From: Verrucomicrobiia bacterium
GTDB taxonomy: Bacteria > Verrucomicrobiota > Verrucomicrobiia > Limisphaerales > UBA1319
Assembly (NCBI GenBank): GCA_963664225.1
Contig: OY760937.1
Span: 3,552,001 to 3,616,000 of the forward strand
Direction of reading: 5' to 3'
Length of the DNA: 64,000 bases
The notes below the pieces were generated by a model. That model was not told the origin of the DNA. It did not search any database and saw only the letters and a list, made by a program, of their open reading frames with translations. The number at the start of each line of letters is the position of its first letter. The first letter of the stretch is position 1. Below, piece by piece: positions 43,549 to 53,043 of this stretch. The position numbers and the translations under genes are program-made.

Positions 43549-45825
43549 GTGAAAACCATCCAACCCCATCCGGCACTCTGGTCGCGCCTCAAGCGGTGGA
43601 GCCGTTTCTGTCTGGCCGCCTGTTTGCTGAGTCCCCTGGGCGCGTGCGCTGATGACGCCGCCGCAGATGCCAAAAAGCCCGCGGACGCCGCCAAGCCGGC
43701 CGCCGCCGCGCCTGCCGAACCGGCTGCCGCCGACAGCGCAAAGACTCCTGCCGCGCCAGAAACCAAGCCTGCGGACGCAACAGAGGCCAAGCCGGCCGCC
43801 ACTCCCGCAGACGCGGAGAAAAAAAAGGATTCCGCCGAGGCTGAAAAGCCCGCCGAAACCACCGATGAAGGTGTGCCGCAGTTTAACAACTGGATGGAGT
43901 TTTCCACAGGCGGGGTCATCTCCGACGGCAACGGGGCGGCGTTTCGCCAGCGGCACTGGATCAAGGACGATCCGTTTGGCGGTCTTGAGGACATGCACTA
44001 CGAGACCAAGGTCGGGAAAAAGGACTTTTTCCAAATCGACGGCCGGGCCTTGTTCGACAACCACGATTACAACGTCCGGATGGAATTGGTCCGTCCCGAC
44101 TTCGGTTTCGTTCGTGGCGGTTTCACCGAATATCGCACCTGGTATGACGGCAATGGCGGATTTTTCCCCGCAACCGGCACGTGGATGAATTTGTTCGACG
44201 ACGCCCTGCATGTGGACCGGGGCGAGGCGTGGATCGAGACCGGATTGAATCTGCCCAAGTATCCGAGCATCACGCTCAAATACAGTCATCAATTTCGCGA
44301 GGGCCAGAAGGACTCCACCGCGTGGGGCTATGCGCATCCGTATGGAGCGGGTCCGGTGCGCGGTATTGCGCCATCGTTCTGGGATCTCGATGAGACGCGG
44401 GACACCGTGCAGATCGATTCGAAATACACCATCAAAAAGACGGACCTGGGCATCGGCCTGCGCTATGAAAGGACGGATGACAATAACGCCCTGAAATCGG
44501 TTCAGTGGCCCGGAGAAAGCACCCAGACATTCATGACCCAGAAAGAGGGGGTGAAGTCCGATTTGTTCAATGTCCACGCCTTTACCGAAACCCGGCTGAA
44601 CGAAAAAGTGCGTTTCTCCTCCGGCTATTCCTTCACCACCATGGACACGGACCTGTCCGGCAGCCGTGTTTACGGGGCGGATTACGATGTCGGCTACAGC
44701 ATGCCTCTGGCCACCTCCCTGGGCTACCTGGCGCTGACCGGCGGCAGCCAGTTGAACGATTACCTCATGAACCTGAACCTCATGTGGACTCCGGTGAAGT
44801 CGTTTTCCATCGTGCCTTCTCTGCGTGTCGAAAAGCAGGAGTTGGACAGCGTGTCGTCGTTTCTTCAAACCGGTGGCGGCTCGATCATGAACGACCAGCA
44901 AATGGGCGCCGCCAGCGCGCGCAATCTGCTGGAAGTGGCCGAGCGGCTTGAGATGAAATATACCGGGGTCACCAATTGGGTGTTTTACGCCCGGGGCGAC
45001 TGGACGGAAGGGGACGGCGATTTGCGCGAAAACGGCGGCGGCGGTCTGTCGGGTCCCATTCTGCGTTTCACAAAAGATGAACGCTTTATTCAGCGCTATA
45101 CGGCGGGGGCCAACTGGTATCCCTTGCGCCGATTGAACGTCGATTTCCAGTATTACCACAAGATGCGGGATAATGATTTCGATCACCAGATCGACAACAC
45201 GCCCAATGACAGCACGGAACGTTATCCGGCCTACCTGTTGGTTCAAAATTTTGAAACAGACGATGCCAACATGCGCGTCACGGTGCGCCCGCTCAACAAT
45301 GTGACACTGGTCTCGCGCTATGACTTCCAGCTATCGAGCATCAACACCACGCCGGATTCCATTTCCGGCCTGGGCGATGTGCAAAGCTCGGAGGTTGAAT
45401 CGCATATACTGGGGCAGAACGTCACCTGGGTGCCCTGGAAACGGCTGTTCTGGCAGGGAGGCATCAATTATGTCTGGAGCAAGACCTCCACTCCTGCGAG
45501 CCAATACACGCAGGCGGTGCTGGATTCGCAGAATAATTACTGGGACCTGAGTTCCACCGCGGGCTTCATCATCGATGACAAGACCGATCTGCAGGCCCAC
45601 TACTTCTTTTATCGCGCGAATAATTACGAAGGGCCATCCGCTTATATTCCATACGGAGCGGGCGCCCGGGAGAACGGTGTGACCCTGACCCTGACCCGGA
45701 AACTCCGTGAGAATTTGCGGATCACCTGCAAATACGGTTACTTCGATTACACCGATGAAACCTCCGGCGGCCACAACGACTACGCGGCGCACCTGATCTA
45801 TACGAGCCTGCAATATCGGTTCTGA
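43549..45825 (+). CDS. MtrB/PioB-like outer-membrane beta-barrel porin
   Basis: Signal peptide, Ala/Pro/Lys-rich linker, amphipathic strands and C-terminal YTSLQYRF; adjacent to the MtrA-like gene. Confidence 0.8.
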   Translation: MKTIQPHPALWSRLKRWSRFCLAACLLSPLGACADDAAADAKKPADAAKPAAAAPAEPAAADSAKTPAAPETKPADATEAKPAATPADAEKKKDSAEAEKPAETTDEGVPQFNNWMEFSTGGVISDGNGAAFRQRHWIKDDPFGGLEDMHYETKVGKKDFFQIDGRALFDNHDYNVRMELVRPDFGFVRGGFTEYRTWYDGNGGFFPATGTWMNLFDDALHVDRGEAWIETGLNLPKYPSITLKYSHQFREGQKDSTAWGYAHPYGAGPVRGIAPSFWDLDETRDTVQIDSKYTIKKTDLGIGLRYERTDDNNALKSVQWPGESTQTFMTQKEGVKSDLFNVHAFTETRLNEKVRFSSGYSFTTMDTDLSGSRVYGADYDVGYSMPLATSLGYLALTGGSQLNDYLMNLNLMWTPVKSFSIVPSLRVEKQELDSVSSFLQTGGGSIMNDQQMGAASARNLLEVAERLEMKYTGVTNWVFYARGDWTEGDGDLRENGGGGLSGPILRFTKDERFIQRYTAGANWYPLRRLNVDFQYYHKMRDNDFDHQIDNTPNDSTERYPAYLLVQNFETDDANMRVTVRPLNNVTLVSRYDFQLSSINTTPDSISGLGDVQSSEVESHILGQNVTWVPWKRLFWQGGINYVWSKTSTPASQYTQAVLDSQNNYWDLSSTAGFIIDDKTDLQAHYFFYRANNYEGPSAYIPYGAGARENGVTLTLTRKLRENLRITCKYGYFDYTDETSGGHNDYAAHLIYTSLQYRF

Positions 45826-46217
45826 GCCGACTCTGAGCGCTGGGGATTGTTCCAAGACAAACCAGGCACTCGAATGATCGCATGGGTTGGTGGTGCGGTT
45901 TGGTCCTCAAACGATCCCGAGCCGTCGCAGAATCTGAATCGTCCAAGTCGCCAATTGACCTGCGAGGCCTTGCAAACATGGGTGCCGGGATGGCCCGAAA
46001 ACTGGGACGAGTTTCCGCTTGATCTGAGATTTTCGCATGATAAAAATTAAGTAATGCATTTAGGCCGGAAAATAATCTTAACGATCGCGCGAGTGTTGAG
46101 TGTCGAGTGTCAAAAAGCGGCTTTCCATCCATTGCTTCAGAGTAATGCCTGTTGAACGAAGCTGTATTTCAATAAATTACATTTTCACCCTGGCCTTCAG
46201 ATTATAAAAATAAAGTT

Positions 46218-46961
46218 ATGAGTCATAAGCACGGAGAGGCTGTGTGGTATAACATACACCCGGACAAGGATGTGCTTCATGATCATCCCTGGGGAGACAT
46301 GTCGCAGGTGACCAATGCGGCCGCCATAATTTCATTGCTTCCAAAAGCCCCCTGCAAAGTTCTCGATGCGGGATGCGCCGATGGCCATCTTTCGCATTTC
46401 ATGTCGCTGTGCGGTTACGAAGTCACTGGCGGTGACGTTTGCGAAGATGTTTTGAACACCTCCAGAAGTCTGCAGGTTAAATGGAACAAGAAGACATCGA
46501 CGGCACAATTCAAAGTGCTCGATTATGATGAACTGCCCATCAACGAATGGGATGCCATCGTGTTTTCGGGATCGTTGCATCACAGCCGCGACCAGGTAAA
46601 AACCCTGAGATCAGCCTACAACGCCCTGAAACCAGGCGGCGTTCTGGTGGCCAGCGAGCCAGGGATGTTCCATGGTTCAAGTCATTTTGCCAAAGACTGG
46701 GCCGATAAAATGGATGTCACAGAAGAATCGACTCCTCCTTGGAGGACGGCTTTCCGCGGATGGCAGATTGGATTCAGGAAGATCAAAGTATATCCCAATC
46801 CGGTCACACTCCACAAGGTGGCCTATCAGTTGGACGGGCTGACCACGCATCCGTTTATTAGAACCATCCTGAGCATTCCTTTCGGGCTTCAGGCGGTGGT
46901 GTCTGCGAAATGGCTGCATGGTTTGATCCGGATGCAAAAGATACTCCCGAGTCAAAATTAA
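46218..46961 (+). CDS. Class I SAM-dependent methyltransferase
   Basis: VLDAGCADG, SLHH, LKPGG. Confidence 0.85.
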   Translation: MSHKHGEAVWYNIHPDKDVLHDHPWGDMSQVTNAAAIISLLPKAPCKVLDAGCADGHLSHFMSLCGYEVTGGDVCEDVLNTSRSLQVKWNKKTSTAQFKVLDYDELPINEWDAIVFSGSLHHSRDQVKTLRSAYNALKPGGVLVASEPGMFHGSSHFAKDWADKMDVTEESTPPWRTAFRGWQIGFRKIKVYPNPVTLHKVAYQLDGLTTHPFIRTILSIPFGLQAVVSAKWLHGLIRMQKILPSQN

Positions 46962-47660
46962 GGGCTGAAAGCCTGATCTGCGGCAGTCTGGGTTACAGCG
47001 AGTCCGCGAGCGAAAGCCCAGGTCATGCCACATCAAAAATATTTCCCACGGCCTGTAAGGCCGGGACACCAACACCACGATATTTTTGTTCCATTTCAAA
47101 CCCACGCATATCGTTCATCCAATGGATTGCCATTCCTGGCGCAAAACCGGCGGTATTCCGTTTGGAAATCTTCCGTTTTATGATGCTCGTCCTGATTCTG
47201 GATATATTTTCGCACTGCCTCCACATGCGCGGCGCTGACACTGAACGCGCCATAACCAGCCTGCCATGCGAAATCCGAATACCACGCATCTTTTGTTTTC
47301 AGCCAGCCTGATGCGGAGGATTTCACCGGCTCGATGATTTTTACCAGGGCGTGGTTTTTTGATTGCGCAAAATGGATATGCACATGGTCGCGCACGGAAT
47401 TGATTTCGAGGAGCGGCGACTCGTGATTGTTCAAAATGCTGGCAATATAGGCGTGGAGTTGTCCGCGTTCCTCGTCGCGAAGGAGCGGTCTCCGAACTTT
47501 GGTGCTAAAGACCAGGTGAACGATGGTGTTTACCAGAGATTGAGACATAGAAATATTTCGCCCTTAACAGGGCTCATAATTCATGATTCGTTCCTGCCCT
47601 GGGCCTGCGCTCGCGGACTCGCTCCAGCCCAGGCCATAAAATTACTGCCCTGCGGGCTTG
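46961..47660. mobile_element. REP-flanked Y1 (HUH) transposase locus, RAYT-like
   Basis: CTGGGTTACAGCGAGTCCGCGAGCGAAAGCCCAGG (~46988-47022) and an inverted copy CCTGGGCCTGCGCTCGCGGACTCGCTCCAGCCCAGG (~47598-47633) bracket the gene. Confidence 0.7.
47096..47548 (-). CDS. tnpA: IS200/IS605-family Y1 transposase
   Basis: HLVFSTK, DHVH (HUH), FAWQAGYGAFSVS and YIQNQ catalytic Tyr. Confidence 0.9.
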   Translation of the reverse strand: MSQSLVNTIVHLVFSTKVRRPLLRDEERGQLHAYIASILNNHESPLLEINSVRDHVHIHFAQSKNHALVKIIEPVKSSASGWLKTKDAWYSDFAWQAGYGAFSVSAAHVEAVRKYIQNQDEHHKTEDFQTEYRRFCARNGNPLDERYAWV

Positions 47661-47742
47661 GTATTGGCGTAATTGGGATCATCCCATAGACGCAAATACC
47701 CAGGGCCCGTCTCCTTTGAAACGGTCCCTGTCGGAAAACGGA

Positions 47743-49188
47743 TTAATGTCCGCCGGCCATTTTCACTTCCGGCATGGTTTTCGAACCATTGCCGGAGTTC
47801 TTCCCGCTGTTGATGGATTCAGCCTTGCTGTATTTGGACCAGTTAAAGGCGTAGAAGGCCACGAAAGCGAAGCAGAACATCGGGACAATGAAACCACGGG
47901 AGATGTCGTATTTGTCGCCGACCGCGCCCATAACCTTGGGCAGAATCGCGCCGCCCATGATCGCCATCACCAGATAGGCCGAGGCTTTCTTGGCACGGGC
48001 GCCCAGACCGAAAATGCCCAGGGCAAAGATCGTGGGGAACATGATCGACATGAAGAAATAGCTCAGGAAAACGCATGCGACCGACAGCCAGCCCAGTTTG
48101 CAGAAGACCAGCAGGGTGGCCAGCACATTGAGGACGCCGTAGAGGCACAACACTTTGTGCGCCGCGAATTTCTTAAGCAACGCCGCGCCGCTGATGCGTC
48201 CCAGCAGGAAACAAATAAAGGCCACGGAGGCGAGGTTCGCCGCGCCCTTGTCGCTGATATGCCGCACGCCGCCTTTGCCGACTTCAATCCATCCCTGCAA
48301 CCAGCCTTGCAGGAATCCAGAATTGGAGGCCAGCGTGGCCATGGCGGATTCCCATGATTCGGGAATGGCCGGGACCTGCGAGACGCCGGTTTGCGCGGAG
48401 ACGGTCATGTAATTGATGAAAAAGCTGAAGATACCGGCCTGGGCGGCGACATAAAAGAACTGTGCGGCCACAGCCATCGAAAAGTGCGGGTGCAACCAGA
48501 TGGAGTGCGACGTCCCGGGCGTGGTGTCGTCCAGATGATAGTCGTCCTCGGTCTTGATATCGGGAACGTTGGCAAAGTAGAAGATCACGGCCAGGACAAT
48601 GACCACAATGGCCACCGCAACGTAAGGGATATAGAGAGTCTGGCTGCCGGTGCTGTTACCGGCGGCATCCTTTGAATAAAAATACATGCTGCCCGCGATG
48701 GGTCCCAGAATCCAGCCGACGCCGTTGCAGGATTGGGCCAGATTGATGCGGGTTGCGGCGAAGCGGGAATCCCCCAGCACAGTGGTGTAGGGATTGGCCA
48801 CGGTTTCCAGGAAGGTCAGACCCGAGGCAATGACGCAGACGCCCAGCAGGAAGGCCCAGAAGGCGGCGATTTGTGTGGCGCCAATGAACCAAAAGCCGCC
48901 GACCGCGACCAGGAGCAGACCAGAGATGATGCCGCCCTTATAACCCAGCCGACTGGCCAGGAATCCCGCGGGCAGGGACATCAGGAAGTAGCCCAGATAG
49001 TGGGCGAATTGCACCCAGGCCGACTGCGACAAGGTCAAATGCAACTCCTGCTGGAAATGCTTATCCATCACGTCGATCATCCCGTTGCAAAATCCCCAAA
49101 GGAGAAAGAGCGAGCTGACAATCGCGAAGGTGAAGACGACGTTTTTTCCGTCGGCCGTAACGAACATGCTTTTTTTATTGCTGCTCAT
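47743..49188 (-). CDS. fucP: FucP-family MFS sugar:H+ symporter
   Basis: LFLLWGF, FLETVANPY, RINLAQSCNG, FMSIMFPTIF, VMAIMGGA. Confidence 0.85.
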   Translation of the reverse strand: MSSNKKSMFVTADGKNVVFTFAIVSSLFLLWGFCNGMIDVMDKHFQQELHLTLSQSAWVQFAHYLGYFLMSLPAGFLASRLGYKGGIISGLLLVAVGGFWFIGATQIAAFWAFLLGVCVIASGLTFLETVANPYTTVLGDSRFAATRINLAQSCNGVGWILGPIAGSMYFYSKDAAGNSTGSQTLYIPYVAVAIVVIVLAVIFYFANVPDIKTEDDYHLDDTTPGTSHSIWLHPHFSMAVAAQFFYVAAQAGIFSFFINYMTVSAQTGVSQVPAIPESWESAMATLASNSGFLQGWLQGWIEVGKGGVRHISDKGAANLASVAFICFLLGRISGAALLKKFAAHKVLCLYGVLNVLATLLVFCKLGWLSVACVFLSYFFMSIMFPTIFALGIFGLGARAKKASAYLVMAIMGGAILPKVMGAVGDKYDISRGFIVPMFCFAFVAFYAFNWSKYSKAESINSGKNSGNGSKTMPEVKMAGGH

Positions 49189-49221
49189 AAAAGATATGGG
49201 CTTGAAAGTATTCTTAAATGG

Positions 49222-50442
49222 TTATTTCACGAATGCGGTCTTGATCTCGGCCAGCGAAACCCCGAGCACGGCTTTGGAGATTTTATCCAGCGAGGCCTCG
49301 TCTCCGGTCAAATGCATCGTGCGATGGATGTGGGAGAGACTTCGGCCCGGAGCCAGCGCCGCCGCGGGAGAGGAGGATTCGATTTCGTAGAACGGCCCCA
49401 TCGGTTTTGCGCCGGGGGTGGGCGGGCCGTCGTTGTAGCTGTTGGCCGCGTCGCCGCCGTAGGGGTTGTCCTGGAGCTTCCAGAGGGAATTCACATAATC
49501 GGTCACGCCCTTGGGCTGGTTGAATTGCACGATTGTGAGAACCTTGTGCTCCGCATCGTAACTGCCCAGCACGGATTTGCTGCGTTTGGGATTGAGGCCG
49601 ATCTTGCTGCGGTATTTGCCGTCCGCCGAGAGAAACACAACATTGTCTTTTACGACCAAACGATCTTCGGGAATGCTGCCGAAATAATCCGACGTCACCT
49701 TCACGCCAAGCTCTGATTCAGGACCGGATTTGATGGGCGCGACAATGGTTGTGGAGGGTCCCGGTGTGAACATGCCGAGGATCCAGACGGAGAGCAGGCC
49801 GGTTTCCTTTTTCCAGGCTTCCTTGCCGTTGTTGATGATCCGATTGTTGGATTCGTAGGCCACCAGGATCACGTCCTTGATTGGCGAAATTTTCAGATTG
49901 CGCCAGGCGGTCGCGGTATTCAGCAGGCGGACGTCCCGTTTGACGGCGACATCGAATTTCGTTCCCGAGTAATTGGTCAGGGAAAACTCGGCGCCAAACA
50001 AAACCTTGTCGGTGGATTTGCTGATGACCTTGAAGGGCAGGGTGTCGAAGATCGCGGGCGTGAACCAGTTGGCGAAATCGAACTTCACCCCTTTTTCAAA
50101 AAAGATGGAGAATTGGCCGCCTTCCGGCCCCATCCAGAAACGGTCCTCACCGCCGAAGGCGTTCATGTGCGGGAGTATTTTCCCGGATTCAATGAGTTCG
50201 CGGTTGATCCAGCCGTAGCTCAGGCCCGCGTCGCCCCCTGCGGCGCTCGTCATCACGCGGCCCTGCCATGCGGGCACCACGGCCACCTTGGCGTCGCCCT
50301 GCTTGTCCTTGAGCACGATGATGTCGGTGTGCTTTTCCAGAAATGCGGTGTCTTCGCCGAAGTTGGCGGCGGACACTCCTTGAGAGAGCGACAAAGCCGT
50401 TGTCAGAATTGCCAAAAATGTTGAGGCGGGTTTCTTATTCAT
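49222..50442 (-). CDS. Secreted DUF6786-like protein
   Basis: Signal peptide; WQGRVMTS, GGEDRFWMGPEGG, NSYNDGP, FYEIESSSPA. Confidence 0.7.
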   Translation of the reverse strand: MNKKPASTFLAILTTALSLSQGVSAANFGEDTAFLEKHTDIIVLKDKQGDAKVAVVPAWQGRVMTSAAGGDAGLSYGWINRELIESGKILPHMNAFGGEDRFWMGPEGGQFSIFFEKGVKFDFANWFTPAIFDTLPFKVISKSTDKVLFGAEFSLTNYSGTKFDVAVKRDVRLLNTATAWRNLKISPIKDVILVAYESNNRIINNGKEAWKKETGLLSVWILGMFTPGPSTTIVAPIKSGPESELGVKVTSDYFGSIPEDRLVVKDNVVFLSADGKYRSKIGLNPKRSKSVLGSYDAEHKVLTIVQFNQPKGVTDYVNSLWKLQDNPYGGDAANSYNDGPPTPGAKPMGPFYEIESSSPAAALAPGRSLSHIHRTMHLTGDEASLDKISKAVLGVSLAEIKTAFVK

Positions 50443-50762
50443 AAAGAGCCATGCGGGGACATTCCGCGTATATGTTTGTATTTTACTGAGGTCCAATTGG
50501 ATACAGCCTGCGATTCAGGCGTGGCAACGGGACTGCGCACATCCGCAAACACCAAACCGCCCGGTGTCAGCCGATGGAGCTTGTCGTATGGTCTGGCAGA
50601 ACTCATGCGCAATAAAAAACGTGGACGATCTCGCGAGTCTGCCTCGCCGGGCTCGCGTTGGCAATATGGGAATAAGCGTCCCATTGGAAATTTAGAAACT
50701 AATCCATCGGGCGGCTGCGTACTGAATTGACAGGTCGGCCCGTGTCTGACACCAAGGTGGGC

Positions 50763-52100
50763 ATGGGCCAAAATCAAAATTCCGCATGTATTATCAGACC
50801 GGTCCGCGCCACCAGGCTATTGCTGTCGCTGGTTCTATTGGTACTAATGGCGCTGCCGGTCGCGCTGCAGGCCCAATTCACTTATACGAGCGATAACGGA
50901 CTCCTCACCATCACGGGATATACCGGCACCAATACCGCGGTGACCATTCCGGACGTCATCGACAGTCAGCCGGTCAACATCATCGGGACTTGGGCGTTCG
51001 CCTATAACACCGGTCTGACCAGCGTCACCGTGCCCAACAGCGCCACGGCCATCGAGGAATGGGCCTTTTATGGATGCACCCTGTTTAGCGTCGGGATCGG
51101 CAACAACGTCACCAACATCGATAACAACGCATTCTATAGCTGCACCAATCTGGTCAGCGTCACGATGGGCAACAGCGTCCGCATCATTGGAAACTCGACT
51201 TTTGCCGGTTGCACAAACTTGGGCAGCATCACAATCCCCGCCAGTGTCACCAGCATTGGAAACTCCGCCTTCGCCGGCTGCACCGCCCTGACCAATGTCT
51301 ATTTTTTAGGGAACACCCCCACCATCGGTTCGTCTGTGTTCAACGGGGATACCAATGCAACCGTCTATCACATCCCCGGGACAACGGGCTGGACCCTGAG
51401 CTTTGGGAACCGGCCAACCGCCTTGGGCAACCCGCTGGCGCCCCAGTCGCAATTCAATTACACAACCAACAGCGGGGCCATTACCATTAGCCGCTACATT
51501 GGCGCGGATGGTGCGGTCACCATACCGGAGAAAATCAATAACCTGCCGGTCACCAGCATTGGAATCGGAGCATTCGCCTACAACGCCGGGCTGGTCAGCA
51601 TCAAAATCCCCAACAGCGTCACCAACATCTCGGATTGGGCGTTTTATAGCTGCGCTCATCTGACCACTGTCACGATGGGGAATGGCGTCGTCCGCATGGG
51701 TGAATCCGCGTTCAATCGCTGCGTCGGGCTGAAGAGCTTCTATTTCCACGGCAGCCCTCCCGTCCTGGGTCCCTCTGTGTTCGTGGGGGTCAAAGGCGCC
51801 ATGGTCAATTACATGCCGGAGGCCACGGGTTGGGGCGATACCTTTGGCGGTTTTCCAACCCAGTTGTGGAATCCGGTGTTGTTGTCCAGAGATGGCAATG
51901 TTGGCGTGGTGAACAATCAATTTGGCTTCAACATCATTGGCAACAGCAACCTTGTCGTCGTCGTGGAAGCCTGCACCAATCTGGCCAATGCCACCTGGTC
52001 CGTCGCGGGTACCACCACCCTGGACGGGAGCACCTTCCATTTCATCGACCCCTTGTGGGACAATTATCCCGCCCGCATTTACCGTCTGCGCACCCCGTGA
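50763..52100 (+). CDS. BspA-type leucine-rich-repeat surface protein
   Basis: Repeated xIPxxVTxIGxxAFxxCxxL; C-terminal VEACTNLANATW...YRL tail. Confidence 0.88.
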   Translation: MGQNQNSACIIRPVRATRLLLSLVLLVLMALPVALQAQFTYTSDNGLLTITGYTGTNTAVTIPDVIDSQPVNIIGTWAFAYNTGLTSVTVPNSATAIEEWAFYGCTLFSVGIGNNVTNIDNNAFYSCTNLVSVTMGNSVRIIGNSTFAGCTNLGSITIPASVTSIGNSAFAGCTALTNVYFLGNTPTIGSSVFNGDTNATVYHIPGTTGWTLSFGNRPTALGNPLAPQSQFNYTTNSGAITISRYIGADGAVTIPEKINNLPVTSIGIGAFAYNAGLVSIKIPNSVTNISDWAFYSCAHLTTVTMGNGVVRMGESAFNRCVGLKSFYFHGSPPVLGPSVFVGVKGAMVNYMPEATGWGDTFGGFPTQLWNPVLLSRDGNVGVVNNQFGFNIIGNSNLVVVVEACTNLANATWSVAGTTTLDGSTFHFIDPLWDNYPARIYRLRTP

Positions 52101-52106
52101 AACAGA

Positions 52107-53030
52107 TTACTTCGCGATGGTTGTGATTTCTCCCGGTTTTAGCTCGTAGGTTTTTCCGCGGATGGCAGCCCATACGGATATTTTTCCCGGGTTTTGCACC
52201 GTGTTGCCATCCGGCGAAACGACGAGGTTCCTGGCCGCATCGTAATAGTCGAGCATCTCGATGTTCGTTGCGTACCAGATGTCCTTGCGGTTGCCGTAAT
52301 TTTTTCCAAACTCCTCGATCAGGTTCCAGCAGTGGTTGTCGTTGAATTCGTAGCTATGCCCCCAGATGGCCATCAGGGCCGGGGTAGCCTCAAAGCCCAT
52401 CAGTTTTTTGCCATCCTCGTTCATTTTATTGATGTGGCAGGTGGTCACCCAGAAGTAAGGGCGCTTGGGATAGGCGAACCAGTCGTGCGTGCCAACGACC
52501 CGGGCATAACGGATGCCAAAACCCGCAAGCGCCCTGGCGACACGCTCGTCTCCCTCGCCTCCCGGATAGGCCAGGCCCCGTATTGGATAACCGACCAGGG
52601 CCTCCAGCGCCTTGCAATCGTCCACCACTTGATGGCGTAGTTCCTCATCGCTGCACTTTGTCAGGTTGGGGTGGTTTACCGTATGCGAGGCCACCTCGTG
52701 ATTCGCATATAAGGCCTTCACGTCCTCGGATTTGACATACCCCTCCTTGTCGAGTTGACCGCTGACCAGGTGAAAGGTCCCACGCAGGCCATAACGGTTC
52801 ATGATCTCGACGAGCTGGTGATCATAAATGCGCCCGTCGTCAAAACTGAAGGTGATGGCTTTCACCCGCCCACCCGGAAAGCAGAGCCTTCCATAGGTAT
52901 CTGGAGTGTCGCAATCGGTGACGATTTCCGGCGGCCTGGATGTTGCTGGAACTTCAGGCGCATTGGCCGCAGGCGCCATCGTTGCGGCGAGCCAGCAGGC
53001 GAAGATGGCGGACAAACAGACAGAATTCAT
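52107..53030 (-). CDS. Polysaccharide deacetylase (CE4)
   Basis: TFSFDDG, HEVASHTVNH, LAYPGG, WGHSYE. Confidence 0.9.
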   Translation of the reverse strand: MNSVCLSAIFACWLAATMAPAANAPEVPATSRPPEIVTDCDTPDTYGRLCFPGGRVKAITFSFDDGRIYDHQLVEIMNRYGLRGTFHLVSGQLDKEGYVKSEDVKALYANHEVASHTVNHPNLTKCSDEELRHQVVDDCKALEALVGYPIRGLAYPGGEGDERVARALAGFGIRYARVVGTHDWFAYPKRPYFWVTTCHINKMNEDGKKLMGFEATPALMAIWGHSYEFNDNHCWNLIEEFGKNYGNRKDIWYATNIEMLDYYDAARNLVVSPDGNTVQNPGKISVWAAIRGKTYELKPGEITTIAK

Positions 53031-53043
53031 GGCTTGGGGTCGA

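Noticed and set aside
50523..50538. Possible sigma54 site TGGCAACGGGACTGCG upstream of the first BspA gene
   Set aside because: The spacing fits, but it lies ~225 bp from the start with no enhancer seen and is plausible by chance in GC-rich DNA.
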